The position numbers and the translations under genes are program-made. The notes below the pieces were generated by a model, which did not search any database, was not told the DNA's origin, and was given only the letters and a program-made list of their open reading frames with translations. DNA of 64,000 bases from Acidaminobacteraceae bacterium (GTDB taxonomy: Bacteria > Bacillota > Clostridia > Peptostreptococcales > Acidaminobacteraceae), in the NCBI GenBank assembly GCA_041781135.1, contig JBHAZV010000006.1, positions 8,276-72,275 of the forward strand, written 5' to 3'. Shown one piece after another: positions 31,679 through 40,639 of the stretch; position 1 is the first letter of the stretch; each line of letters opens with the position of its first letter.

Positions 31679-32563
31679 TCAAGCGCCGGAACTCTCGCGC
31701 GAGTTAAGAACTGAAACAGTTGCAGATATTATTATGATTATGCAGCCGATTATCTGAAAAGGCGAAACCGCGCTTCCAAGATAAAAGTAGCCAAATATCA
31801 ATGTAATAATCGGCATAAAATTCAAAAATACCGTGGATGAAGTTGCGCCGATATAATCCATTGCCTTGTTGTAAAAATAAAATCCGAGCACGGACGCCAT
31901 CACAGACAAAAAGATTATATGCGCCCATTGTTCAAATCCGACAAGCTGCCAGCTTGTATGTTCAAATGGCAGAAAGAATACAAAAAACGGAAGCGAAAAC
32001 AAAAATTGGTAGAATGTCAAATCGAGATACGGATAGTTCCCTATTAGCTTCTTTGTGGACATAATGTACACAACCCATGAAACTATCGCTAAAAGCATGT
32101 AGACATAGCCCACGGGGTTCGCGCCACCGGAGGAACTGCTGCCCCCAAAAACTATCAGGGCAACCCCTGCAAACGACGCCGCGACAGAGACAACATTCCA
32201 AATACCGAGCTTGTTTTTGTATATAAACGAATCCACAAGCATGGTTATTATCGGCATCGTAGCGACCATCAGCACCGAATCGTTTGCGCCGATATTAAGT
32301 ATTCCGATATTTTCAAAATAAAAATACGCAACGATGCCTATTCCTCCCGCGAGCAAAAAATATGGGATATGCTCGCGCTTTAGCTTCGCCGGACCTTTTT
32401 TTAGCTTCAGCAGTGCAAGCAGCGCCGCAGTTCCAATACAAAACCTGATCGCAACAATAATCATAGGTCCCATCGTCCGAAGCAAAAATTCCGTGCTCAC
32501 AAACGACACTCCCCACGCCAATGTCGGAATCAAAATATAGATAATACCAAGCAATAATCTCAT
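31679..32563 (-). CDS. EamA/DMT-family transporter
   Basis: 294 aa with 10 predicted TM helices in two EamA-like halves. Confidence 0.75.
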   Translation of the reverse strand: MRLLLGIIYILIPTLAWGVSFVSTEFLLRTMGPMIIVAIRFCIGTAALLALLKLKKGPAKLKREHIPYFLLAGGIGIVAYFYFENIGILNIGANDSVLMVATMPIITMLVDSFIYKNKLGIWNVVSVAASFAGVALIVFGGSSSSGGANPVGYVYMLLAIVSWVVYIMSTKKLIGNYPYLDLTFYQFLFSLPFFVFFLPFEHTSWQLVGFEQWAHIIFLSVMASVLGFYFYNKAMDYIGATSSTVFLNFMPIITLIFGYFYLGSAVSPFQIIGCIIIIISATVSVLNSRESSGA

Positions 32564-33987
32564 TTAATCACTGGAACGGTAAAGATAAACTCGGTGTAAT
32601 CGCCTGCACCGATCTCAAAATCCGCTCTTCCCCCAATTTGTTTTAATATATTCAAACATTTGTCAAAATTCCGAATGGTCTTTGATTCATCGTGTACAGC
32701 AGTTCCTACGATTATGTCATTGCTCCTGACATATCTTCCGTCTGTCATTTCGCTGATCTGCTGTTCGGAAATGCAGTCGCAATCTGTACGCACCCGTATT
32801 TTGACGGATTCATAAAACTGAACTGCCGATATCCAAACACTTATAAACTCCGATTTCCCTCTCCGGAATCTCTCGTTAGGCGCCTGCAGTGGGTGCATTA
32901 TAAGCGCTTCGACCACAGGCATAACGTTTGGCATAAATTTTAGAACTGCGTTCATTTCAGAATTGTTTACCGCCCAATCAAGCTCTATTCTATTAAGCTT
33001 TCTATTGCGTTCAAGCCCGTCCGAATTCAAATTATTTACAAAACCGTTTGTAACTTCAGTAAATAAAGTCTTTTTCGCCGCCAATAAAACTTCGTCATAA
33101 GGCGTTTGACTGTCAGCCCCGGCAAAGAACCTGTCTAAATCCGCCATAAGTTCCATTTTGAAAATATTAGCATCGCCGCCGTTTTCGATGCTGTTTCTGA
33201 GCCTTTCTCTGTCAGCGCGCGTGAGCAAAAGGCAGCGTTCTTCGTTGTACACTTCAAGAAAAGAAGGTATTGTCTTTTCTTTTTGTTCAAGTATAGCGCT
33301 CGTAAACTCGACATACGCGTTCGAAGTCGCCTTAAGATCCATGTCTGCAATATGAAGTACGAGCAGTCGCAATCTTCTGACAAATTCCATCCTGAGCTCG
33401 TCGACATCCGAAGATTTTTTTAAAGCCTCGCTTCGTGACTTGATAATGTATTCATCTATCCTGTCGAGCACCGAGGTCCTGTCGCTCTCGTATATACCGA
33501 CGAGGTCAGAGCGTTCTTCAAGCAGCAGGCTGAAAGGCGCCTCATCTACAAGGAATATATAGAGCAGACGGTTTACGACATCGTATGTGTTTTTTACGCT
33601 CCATCTTCTGCCGAGAAAATATATTCGGGTGGGCATACGCCTTACGGCATTCAGCGACTCCTGCCGAATATCTGAATTAAAAATTTCGTCCAAAATCGTG
33701 AGATGCGCGACACTGTTTGAAACAAAGTCGGTCCTGAACTGCTGCGCATCCGCATCTGTGACCGCGCCGAACAGCGGACTCACAACAAACTGATCGTTCA
33801 TTACAAATCCTATTTCCCACGCATTTTTGAGGGCATTTTCGATAATTCGAAGCGATTTTATGCTTTCTGCATCGAGCGCAGAGCCGGATGATTCGTCATC
33901 GCTTGAAGTATACACAAAATAATGCCCGATTGCCGCGAGCACAATGTACGAAATTATAAATATCAGAGCCACAAGCAGAAATTCCAT
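32560..33987 (-). CDS. Hypothetical protein with N-terminal TM helix
   Basis: 475 aa. No recognised motif. 4-nt overlap with the EamA gene. Confidence 0.45.
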   Translation of the reverse strand: MEFLLVALIFIISYIVLAAIGHYFVYTSSDDESSGSALDAESIKSLRIIENALKNAWEIGFVMNDQFVVSPLFGAVTDADAQQFRTDFVSNSVAHLTILDEIFNSDIRQESLNAVRRMPTRIYFLGRRWSVKNTYDVVNRLLYIFLVDEAPFSLLLEERSDLVGIYESDRTSVLDRIDEYIIKSRSEALKKSSDVDELRMEFVRRLRLLVLHIADMDLKATSNAYVEFTSAILEQKEKTIPSFLEVYNEERCLLLTRADRERLRNSIENGGDANIFKMELMADLDRFFAGADSQTPYDEVLLAAKKTLFTEVTNGFVNNLNSDGLERNRKLNRIELDWAVNNSEMNAVLKFMPNVMPVVEALIMHPLQAPNERFRRGKSEFISVWISAVQFYESVKIRVRTDCDCISEQQISEMTDGRYVRSNDIIVGTAVHDESKTIRNFDKCLNILKQIGGRADFEIGAGDYTEFIFTVPVIK

Positions 33988-33993
33988 GCACTG

Positions 33994-34002
33994 ATTTTAT
34001 CA
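33994..34002 (-). promoter_or_regulatory. Extended -10 (TGATAAAAT) placed 6 nt before ATG 33987 (leaderless geometry)
   Basis: rc of 33994-34002 is TGATAAAAT. Then 6 nt (33988-33993), then ATG. No SD. Confidence 0.5.
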
Positions 34003-34192
34003 CATATGCTATGCAGAATTCAGCAAATTTTTGTGATTTAATGTAGCCTCCGATATTTTTTTCGTACTATCTGCATATCCTCCAAGTAAATGCCATTGAA
34101 GCTTCGTAGACGGCGCTCACTCCAAATTCAGCGGAATTTTCGCCGCACACTTATTTACAATTAATCAAAATTTTATTTACACAAATTTTTGT

Positions 34193-34221
34193 TTGACATA
34201 TCCCTGAATTTATGATAGTAT
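34193..34221 (+). promoter_or_regulatory. Promoter of tRNA-fMet (TTGACA-17-TAGTAT, TG-extended)
   Basis: -35 at 34193-34198, -10 at 34216-34221 preceded by TGA. About 10 nt upstream of the tRNA. Confidence 0.6.
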
Positions 34222-34231
34222 GTCAAAGTAT

Positions 34232-34306
<75 letters not shown>

Positions 34307-34311
34307 CATTG

Positions 34312-34354
34312 GTACGGTAATTGATACATATATCAGTTGCCGTACTGTTTTTTT
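34312..34354 (+). terminator. Intrinsic terminator after tRNA-fMet
   Basis: 15-bp stem (34312-34326 / 34331-34345, two G.U pairs), followed by TG and T7. Confidence 0.8.
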
Positions 34355-34445
34355 ATGCCTTAAAAGTATTACAAATAAATGAAAAGGCCGCCGCAATTGC
34401 GGCAGCCTGTTTCATTCCATTGGCTAATAGAAAAAGAAAGGTATG

Positions 34446-35297
34446 TTAATTAGAAGAATTCCTGAAATATGCGACGCCTATGGTTCCAGGACCTGCGTGA
34501 GTTCCTACAACGCTTCCTATGCAAGTGTACTCAAAAACATTGCCTTTGCCATCCCACATACTCTTGCTGTCCGATATATACCTGAGAAGCATTTCGTCGC
34601 TTTGGCCTGTATAACCCAAAAGTATCGGCATATCAAAATTTACGCCGCCCGACTTGCGGATTTCCTCCGCAAGCAGATTGTTTCCGTTTTTTATCCCGCG
34701 CGCCTTGCCGAGTGGGACTATCTCGCCATTTTTGACCGCAATTACGGGTTTTATAGACAAAAGAGTACCAGCAAACGCTGCAGTCTTTGATATTCTGCCG
34801 CCGCGCTTCAAATATTCCAGCGTATCGAGCAAGGCTACAAGCGTTACTTTGCCTTTTTCGGCTTCAAGTATCCTGGCTATCTCCCTCGCATCTTTGCCCG
34901 CATCCACAAGCGACAAAGCAAATTCGGCAAGCACGCCCGCTCCTATGGACACTGTATCGCTGTCGACGACAAACACCTTGTCGCCGTAGTCTTGGGCAGC
35001 AATCACAGCGCTCTGATGTGTTCCCGATAATTTGGATGATATTGTTATGACGACGGCGCTGTCTCCGCATTCGACAACATTCCGAAATATCTCGTCAAAT
35101 GCGCGAGGGGTCGCCTGGCTTGTGCTCGGCGCCACTTTGCTGTTTACAAGTTTTTCGTAAAATTCTTTGTGAGTTATCGTCACACCGTCGATGAATTCGT
35201 CTTCGCCGAAATGCAGAGTCAGCGGAACAACATCAAGCCTTTCCGCAATATTTGCAGATACATCCGCAGTAGAGTCAACTACTATTCTTACACTCAT
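34446..35297 (-). CDS. DegV-family fatty-acid-binding protein
   Basis: 283 aa. N-terminus IVVDSTADV and overall pattern are typical of DegV. Confidence 0.85.
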   Translation of the reverse strand: MSVRIVVDSTADVSANIAERLDVVPLTLHFGEDEFIDGVTITHKEFYEKLVNSKVAPSTSQATPRAFDEIFRNVVECGDSAVVITISSKLSGTHQSAVIAAQDYGDKVFVVDSDTVSIGAGVLAEFALSLVDAGKDAREIARILEAEKGKVTLVALLDTLEYLKRGGRISKTAAFAGTLLSIKPVIAVKNGEIVPLGKARGIKNGNNLLAEEIRKSGGVNFDMPILLGYTGQSDEMLLRYISDSKSMWDGKGNVFEYTCIGSVVGTHAGPGTIGVAYFRNSSN

Positions 35298-35309
35298 TAA
35301 TCCCTCTGT

Positions 35310-35765
35310 CTATATTCCAGTCTCACATAAATCGGCCATATTGCCTGAAATCAGATCCAAAACCTCGTAAAAACTCTCCTTTTGGACTTCTGAAAGATTG
35401 CGGCTCGCATGTTCCACGGCAAGATCGACCTTTGCACGAATGCCGTCCGCCACCGCGCGCCCACTCTCCGTGAGCATAAACGCGCTGCCGTAGCACCTGT
35501 CTTTAGCGCACACTTTCTCAACAAACCGCAAGTGAGTCATTGTATTGAGAGCTCTTGAGACATCTGATTTATCCTTTGCGCATATTCTACACAACGAAGA
35601 AGCAGTAAGACCGCCCTCGTTTGCTCTGAGAGCAAGCAAGTATGTGAGATGTGCTCCGCTGAGTCCAATGCGCGACATCTCCACTGCCGCAATTTTGTGC
35701 CAGTACTTGAATATCCTGAAAATACCATAAGTAAAGCGTTCAAATTGCTCAAGATTCTGCATCAT
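35310..35765 (-). CDS. MarR-family transcriptional regulator
   Basis: 151 aa with a winged-HTH region (LTASSLCRICAKDKSDVSRALNTMTHLRFVEK). Confidence 0.75.
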   Translation of the reverse strand: MMQNLEQFERFTYGIFRIFKYWHKIAAVEMSRIGLSGAHLTYLLALRANEGGLTASSLCRICAKDKSDVSRALNTMTHLRFVEKVCAKDRCYGSAFMLTESGRAVADGIRAKVDLAVEHASRNLSEVQKESFYEVLDLISGNMADLCETGI

Positions 35766-35785
35766 TTCCCCTCCTCAGCAAAACC

Positions 35786-35816
35786 ATTTTACACCCAAAA
35801 TGTTGAGGCGTCAACA
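35786..35816 (-). promoter_or_regulatory. marR promoter (TTGACG-17-TAAAAT) overlapped by the palindrome TGTTGA-N4-TCAACA
   Basis: -35 rc at 35809-35814, -10 rc at 35786-35791. The inverted repeat at 35801-35816 covers the -35, so it is a likely autoregulatory operator. Confidence 0.55.
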
Positions 35817-36228
35817 ATTTTTTTGTGATAAATATATGAACTAATACGACTTATAATTCAGAAAAAGGTTGGACTAACGAACACCTCGACATCAGCAATG
35901 ATATTCATAAGTGTTATCCAGCAGATACTTCAGAATATACAGTGGTCTATTTTTTCAGCCATAAAAAGACTCTATAGTGTGGAAAATCCAAATGAGTTAA
36001 CTCCAGAAAGAAAAGAAAAGAATAATTGCGAGTGGCGACTTCGATTATTTCAGCGTTTATCTTAAAATGGAACCTGTCCATCTGCGGCAAAAAATTTGCA
36101 ACAAAATTCGCCTTTTCAGCACTTGCTCTAAAAGCGTTAATTGAAGAATTGCTGACCGATAGGAACAACGGAATCCTCTGAAAATGTGTAATTACACATA
36201 TTCACAAAAACGCAAGAGAAAGTAGACA

Positions 36229-37002
36229 TTATTTTTGCCTCCAATCGATCTTAAATTCAACCAAGTACACAGATATCACACAAAATGCTATTAGCATAAA
36301 AATGTTAAACCAATCAAAAATACCATTAAAACTGCTGCGTAACGCGGACGCAACATATGTGGTAGGAATAAACCACGAAATGACCTGCATAACTTTTGGC
36401 ATATTCTGCATTGGGACGAACACCGGAGCACAGTAAATAATTATGGGTTGGAGAATCTGAGTGATGGTGCTGGCGTGGCTCGAATTTCGGCTATAAATGC
36501 CTATAAAGGCTCCTAATCCAGCCAATGACATCCCTGATAGAAACACAATAACGAACAAGCTAATGTGAATGACAATTTGCACATTAAAGGCTATTTTGCC
36601 AACTGCTATTAGCATCACGATTGACGGAATCGTAATTATTGTTGCTCGAATCAAATACGCCATAATAAGTTGAACCTTATATAGCGGAAGGGAGGCATAA
36701 TAATCAAATCCTCGAACATCTTTCAAGAGGCCGAGTTCTTGGCCTAAAGTAAGCATTGTCCCCGTCACTAGAGACATTATGATATTTCCAGATAAGACAT
36801 AGGTCATATAATCGGAATCGGTGCGCCCTATTAACAGATATAGAAAAAGTAACATACTTAGCGGTGCAACCAATACAATAAAAAGCGACCATTGCCAATT
36901 GACCCTTAAAGTCAACAATTCTGACTTTATTAGAAACCACTGAGTGACAGCTATTTTTTTAATTGATACGGGGAGCGTAATCTTAGATGAACTATTTCTC
37001 AT
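36229..37002 (-). CDS. ABC-2-type transporter permease
   Basis: 257 aa with 6 TM helices. Overlaps the upstream ATPase gene. AT-rich. Confidence 0.7.
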   Translation of the reverse strand: MRNSSSKITLPVSIKKIAVTQWFLIKSELLTLRVNWQWSLFIVLVAPLSMLLFLYLLIGRTDSDYMTYVLSGNIIMSLVTGTMLTLGQELGLLKDVRGFDYYASLPLYKVQLIMAYLIRATIITIPSIVMLIAVGKIAFNVQIVIHISLFVIVFLSGMSLAGLGAFIGIYSRNSSHASTITQILQPIIIYCAPVFVPMQNMPKVMQVISWFIPTTYVASALRSSFNGIFDWFNIFMLIAFCVISVYLVEFKIDWRQK

Positions 37003-37972
37003 TGTTATTCTCCTGAATGTTGCGAAGATATATATCTTCCAGCGATGGGGGGGTGATTTTTATGCTGCGTATATGCTCTCCGATTTGATCAGAGTACAAG
37101 TCATTTAGAGTTCTCTGAATACTTTCTTTATTTACATATATACGAATATGTTCATCATCAATCCTATCAACGCGATGATTACATAGTATTTTTTCGGAAA
37201 TATCAAGATTATATGGAATCAACAAATCGATTTTTATGTCCATTCCCATAGAATCTGCAAGTTCATTTGGGACACCTTCTTTTATTATTTCTCCATTGTT
37301 TATTATTGCAACAGTATCCACAACATCAGCCGCTTCATGAATGTTGTGCGTGACTAACAAAAATGATATATTGTAATCATTTTTTAGCGCTTTTACAAGT
37401 TTCCATAATTTTATTCTCTTCTCCGGGTCAACATCATTTGTTGGCTCATCAAGAACAACAAGAGGCTTAAATCCAATAATCGCTGCAATAAAGGCAACAA
37501 TTCTCGTTTCTCCACCACTCAAATATTCCAGCAATTGGTTTTCTAATGAAAGCATATCAAAATACTCAAGATATTCCCTTGCCTGAGTTATTGCTTGTTT
37601 AGGAGTTAACCCTCTATAAACACCGGTAAATTGAATAAACTCTATTACTTTAAGAGCTCGATGCGTATAGGCGATTTGTCCCAGATATGAAATAATTTGT
37701 GACACATAATTCCTTTGAGTGGCAATATCAAGCCCTCCCACCTCGATTCGTCCTGATGTTGGGCGCAAAAGACCGCACGCCTGCCTTACAAATGTTGTTT
37801 TTCCTGCCCCATTTGGTCCAAGCAAACCACAAACTTGCCCTCGTGCAATGGATAAATTAATATTAATGTTTGCATAAGTCGTTGAGCCGGTATATTTCTT
37901 ATAGACACCATATGAGGCGAGAATCGGAGATTCCTGTCCTTGAGTATTGGTGTTGCCGATTATCGAACCCAT
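36992..37972 (-). CDS. ABC transporter ATP-binding protein
   Basis: Walker A GPNGAGKTT, signature LSGGETR, Walker B VVLDEPT. Confidence 0.9.
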   Translation of the reverse strand: MGSIIGNTNTQGQESPILASYGVYKKYTGSTTYANININLSIARGQVCGLLGPNGAGKTTFVRQACGLLRPTSGRIEVGGLDIATQRNYVSQIISYLGQIAYTHRALKVIEFIQFTGVYRGLTPKQAITQAREYLEYFDMLSLENQLLEYLSGGETRIVAFIAAIIGFKPLVVLDEPTNDVDPEKRIKLWKLVKALKNDYNISFLLVTHNIHEAADVVDTVAIINNGEIIKEGVPNELADSMGMDIKIDLLIPYNLDISEKILCNHRVDRIDDEHIRIYVNKESIQRTLNDLYSDQIGEHIRSIKITPPSLEDIYLRNIQENNNEK

Positions 37973-37989
37973 GTAATTACATCTCCTTA

Positions 37990-38334
37990 TTAGTTAATTT
38001 CTCGATATGTCAATCGCGTTTCTATCTCATCAGATGGAAAGAGACCTAACTCATAAAGCGACTGACAAAAAGGATCTGGAGCATTTATGTCGTGGTATTT
38101 TGAAAAAGCATCTGCGCGGCAAGCGCCCCAACAATAGGGGAGTTCTTTACAAATTGAACAAACTCCCTTTATTTTGTGAAGATCCGTCTTCTTTTTCCGT
38201 TCAATTGGCGTTAGTTTATCAACAATATCAGAATTATCATCAAGAAGAATAAAAGTCAATACTTGTTTGGTTGATTTTAGTATATTACTTATGAAAGGAC
38301 GGCGAAAATAATGAAGGATCAGAGGCATGTACAT
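37990..38334 (-). pseudogene. C-terminal remnant of a radical-SAM/SPASM-domain peptide maturase
   Basis: The 114-aa ORF keeps only the Cys-rich SPASM tail (CSICKELPYCWGACRADAF...PDPFC). There is no CxxxCxxC radical-SAM core upstream in any frame that I could read. Confidence 0.55.
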
Positions 38335-38469
38335 TTGGACTTTATGAAGTCTACAGCTGACGGCTCTACATGAGAGTCAGTATGTTTCAATTATTTTCGG
38401 GGCTGCAACTTCTTTTTGAATTGCAGCCTTTTATGTAACGATTTTTAAGTTTTGTTATGGCTATTTGGG

Positions 38470-38589
38470 TTAGTGTTCAGAGAGATAATTCGTTGAGAGT
38501 CCAACTATTTCTGAAAACTGCTGCTGCGTATAGCCATTTGTTTTTCGAATCTTTTGAATTCGTTTCCCACTGGAGCTTTTCGTACACAT
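38470..38589 (-). pseudogene. Truncated XRE-family HTH fragment
   Basis: Own translation gives MCTKSSSGKRIQKIRKTNGYTQQQFSEIVGLSTNYLSEH*, which is an HTH_3 helix-turn-helix cut short by a stop. Confidence 0.45.
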
Positions 38590-38738
38590 CGCAGATGCTG
38601 AGGGGAAAGTCCGACACGAGAGAGCCGCCGTCCTTGTTCTGTATTCAGTTATTACTTGGGTTCGGTTCTATCTTCAAAGGGAAAGAGCCGTTTTTTCATC
38701 TACGAATTTGAAACTTTGAAAAACGGCCTTTGGGCAGC

Positions 38739-38766
38739 AAAAAAGCCCGATAAAATCGGGCTTTTT
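38739..38766 (-). terminator. Intrinsic terminator downstream of tRNA-Ser
   Basis: Stem AAAGCCCGA/TCGGGCTTT flanked by A/T runs. It would work in either direction. Confidence 0.7.
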
Positions 38767-38796
38767 GCCGGGTACATCTTTTTCGTACCATTTTGA

Positions 38797-38884
38797 TGGC
38801 GGAGAAGAAGAGATTTGAACTCTTGCGACCTTGCAGCCCTACTCCCTTAGCAGGGGAGCCCCTTCACCACTTGGGTACTTCTCC
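38797..38884 (-). tRNA. tRNA-Ser (anticodon GCU)
   Basis: Class II tRNA. Acceptor GGAGAAG/CTTCTCC-G-CCA, anticodon arm CTCCC-CTGCTAA-GGGAG, long variable arm, T arm AAGAG-TTCAAAT-CTCTT. Confidence 0.92.
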
Positions 38885-38895
38885 ACACGCGCAAT

Positions 38896-38924
38896 ATTTT
38901 ACTCACTTATCGGCAAAAAGTCAA
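38896..38924 (-). promoter_or_regulatory. Promoter of tRNA-Ser (TTGACT-17-TAAAAT)
   Basis: -35 rc at 38919-38924, -10 rc at 38896-38901. Confidence 0.6.
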
Positions 38925-38972
38925 GTAAATTTATAAAAATTCACGTTCTATCTTCTAGAGTCGTCAAACATT

Positions 38973-40053
38973 TGTGACACGGAGGGGAAAGAAAAAGCGA
39001 TATGACCACTTCGATTCCCCCTTGGGTGCATCCCGCCCCTGGGGGCGGGATGAGTGCGAGCCTTGGTATTTCTTGAGCATTTCATCCGGGCTTAAAATCC
39101 AAGTACCCTTCTCGCTGTCCGGTTGTATCGCTTCTCGTATCGCACAAGAGAAGCTCTTAGTTCCTCTTCACTACGAAATCTTCGACCGCTATAAAAATTC
39201 TCACTGTCGAGGCGGTGAGAGCGCTCCACCACCCCGTTTTGCCAAGGGAAGTAAGGTCTCGTGCGGCGATAAGCAATCCAGAGCCTCGTCAGAGTGGTTT
39301 CAAACCCACTTCGCCTTTCCTTCTCCCACGGGTTCGTAAACTCACGCCCGTTGTCCGTTTGGATCTCATGAATCGCAAAGCCCACGCGAGACGAAAGCGT
39401 CTCCAAGAACGCGCTTGTATGCGTTACACTGCACTCATCGACGATCGATAAGACGCGCTTGCGGGTATAAAGATCGATCGCTGTGATTTGGTAATACTGC
39501 GAAATATAGCCCTCAAACATCACGCTGCTGCGGGGAACATACTTGATATCCATCTGCACCATTTCGCCCGGAAAACGCGCGCGAAACGGCGTATAACGCG
39601 ACCGAGGAAGATGAGGTGGTCGAGAAGGCGGAGAAGAAAAGTGGCGGCGAATCTGATGACACATCGAGCCATAGCTCCGCGTATATCCTGCATCCCGGCA
39701 CCAACATACACTTCCGCAAGACCCCGTTTTTTGTGTCGCCGATAGGTCACTTCGATCAGAGCAAGCTCCTCCGCCGTATGAGCACGGCTGTGAGACTTCG
39801 GACAACGAGAGTGAGGACGAAGGGAGTGGATCGTTCCATAGTAGCGCTTGAGCCAGCGTGACACATTTTGACGCGAGGTATGATACCGCCTCGCAGCTTC
39901 TGCGTTGTTCCCGCAAGAGAGTGCATAGTCACAGATTCGCTTTCGAAGTCTGAGTTCTTCTGTTATAATCGGTTTCAAGAGAGTCTCCTTTGGCTTTAGT
40001 GTGGTAACCAAAGTATATCAGAGGGCTCTCTCTTTTTTTCCCTCCGTGTCACA
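38973..40053 (-). mobile_element. IS481-family-like insertion sequence (1081 bp)
   Basis: Terminal inverted repeats are TGTGACACGGAGGGGAAAGAAAAAG (38973-) and the rc of ...CTTTTTTTCCCTCCGTGTCACA (-40053). They share 14 identical outer bases starting with TGT. One HTH + rve (DDE) transposase gene lies inside. Confidence 0.8.
39092..39978 (-). pseudogene. IS481-like transposase, split by a frameshift near 39697-39699
   Basis: The N-terminal frame (TTG 39978 after AAGGAG) reads KPIITEELRLRKRICDYAL...RRHKKRGLAEVYVGA. The -1 frame continues RDAGYTRSYGSM...PGEMVQMDIKYVP...ITAIDLYTR...QTDNGREF...WQNGVVERSHR. The junction lies in GCCGGG, consistent with one C lost from GCCCGG. Confidence 0.7.
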
Positions 40054-40382
40054 TATGTATTATAACCTTACAGTTCAAGGAAATGGAAGATGCTGGACTT
40101 CCTGCTCCTGAATACACTGATAACGCCTTTATGCTCAATGTGACAATCCGGAATGGCAAATTAAATGGCGAATTAAATCCTGCTCTCCTTTATCTCAACA
40201 AAAGCGAATTAGCAGTTTATCATCTCATTGAAAAATCTCTGCAAAACTCTCGTCAGGAAATTGCTGACCAACTTAATATATCTACAAGAACCGTAGATAG
40301 AGCTATTAAGTCCCTTATCCAAAAAGACTTGATTGTGCGTGAAGGCTCAAAGAAAACCGGACATTGGAAAATCATCAAGTGA
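40054..40382 (+). pseudogene. 3' fragment of an ATP-binding/HTH (AlbA_2/RecG-like transcriptional regulator) gene, truncated at the IS end
   Basis: The reading frame is open from the IS boundary. The C-terminal pattern AGLPAPEY...F.L.V...ELAVYHLIE...SRQEIADQLNISTRTVDRAIKSLIQKDLIVREGSKKTGHW is typical of the tail of that family. Confidence 0.5.
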
Positions 40383-40397
40383 TTTTTCTCAAATTCC

Positions 40398-40426
40398 TTG
40401 ACACAAGCAAAACTCAGGAGTATAAT
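40398..40426 (+). promoter_or_regulatory. Consensus promoter TTGACA-17-TATAAT
   Basis: -35 at 40398-40403, -10 at 40421-40426. Confidence 0.7.
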
Positions 40427-40453
40427 ATATAAAATTATTCAGGAGGTAATGCA

Positions 40454-40567
40454 ATGTTGAATCGTATCGGCTGTTTTAATAATGTAGTCGTTATGCAGTC
40501 CGCAGTCCCTGCTTATTATTGGCAGAACAACGGGCTTACATTGCTATACCCTTTTTCAAGTAATTAG
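40454..40567 (+). CDS. 37-codon leader ORF (MLNRIGCFNNVVVMQSAVPAYYWQNNGLTLLYPFSSN)
   Basis: AGGAGG (40441-40446) lies 7 nt before ATG 40454. The ORF is below the track's size cut-off. A terminator follows. Confidence 0.45.
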   Translation: MLNRIGCFNNVVVMQSAVPAYYWQNNGLTLLYPFSSN

Positions 40568-40597
40568 AGTGTTTTTCTAATTTGATTAAGCTAAACG

Positions 40598-40639
40598 CAG
40601 TGCAAGCTATGAGTGAATCTTAGCCTGCACTGTTTTTTT
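40598..40639 (+). terminator. Intrinsic terminator between the leader ORF and the methyltransferase gene
   Basis: Stem CAGTGCAAGCT/AGCCTGCACTG (one mismatch), followed by T7 (40633-40639). Confidence 0.7.

Noticed and set aside
35947-36168. 73-aa minus-strand ORF at the left edge of the island.
   Set aside because: It has no SD and no recognisable motif, and it lies in scrambled AT-rich DNA. It could be the tail of a disrupted gene, but I cannot support a call.
38401-38434. Hairpin GGCTGCAA-N12-TTGCAGCC followed by TTTTAT (a terminator-like structure on the plus strand).
   Set aside because: No plus-strand gene ends upstream of it. It is probably a leftover from the deleted part of the RiPP-like locus.
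39520-39916. Programmed -1 ribosomal frameshift in the IS transposase, as in the IS3 family.
   Set aside because: The element's size, its TGT... ends and its single-ORF organisation fit IS481, which does not frameshift. No A-AAA-AAG-type slippery site is present at the junction. Loss of one base from a C run explains the break.
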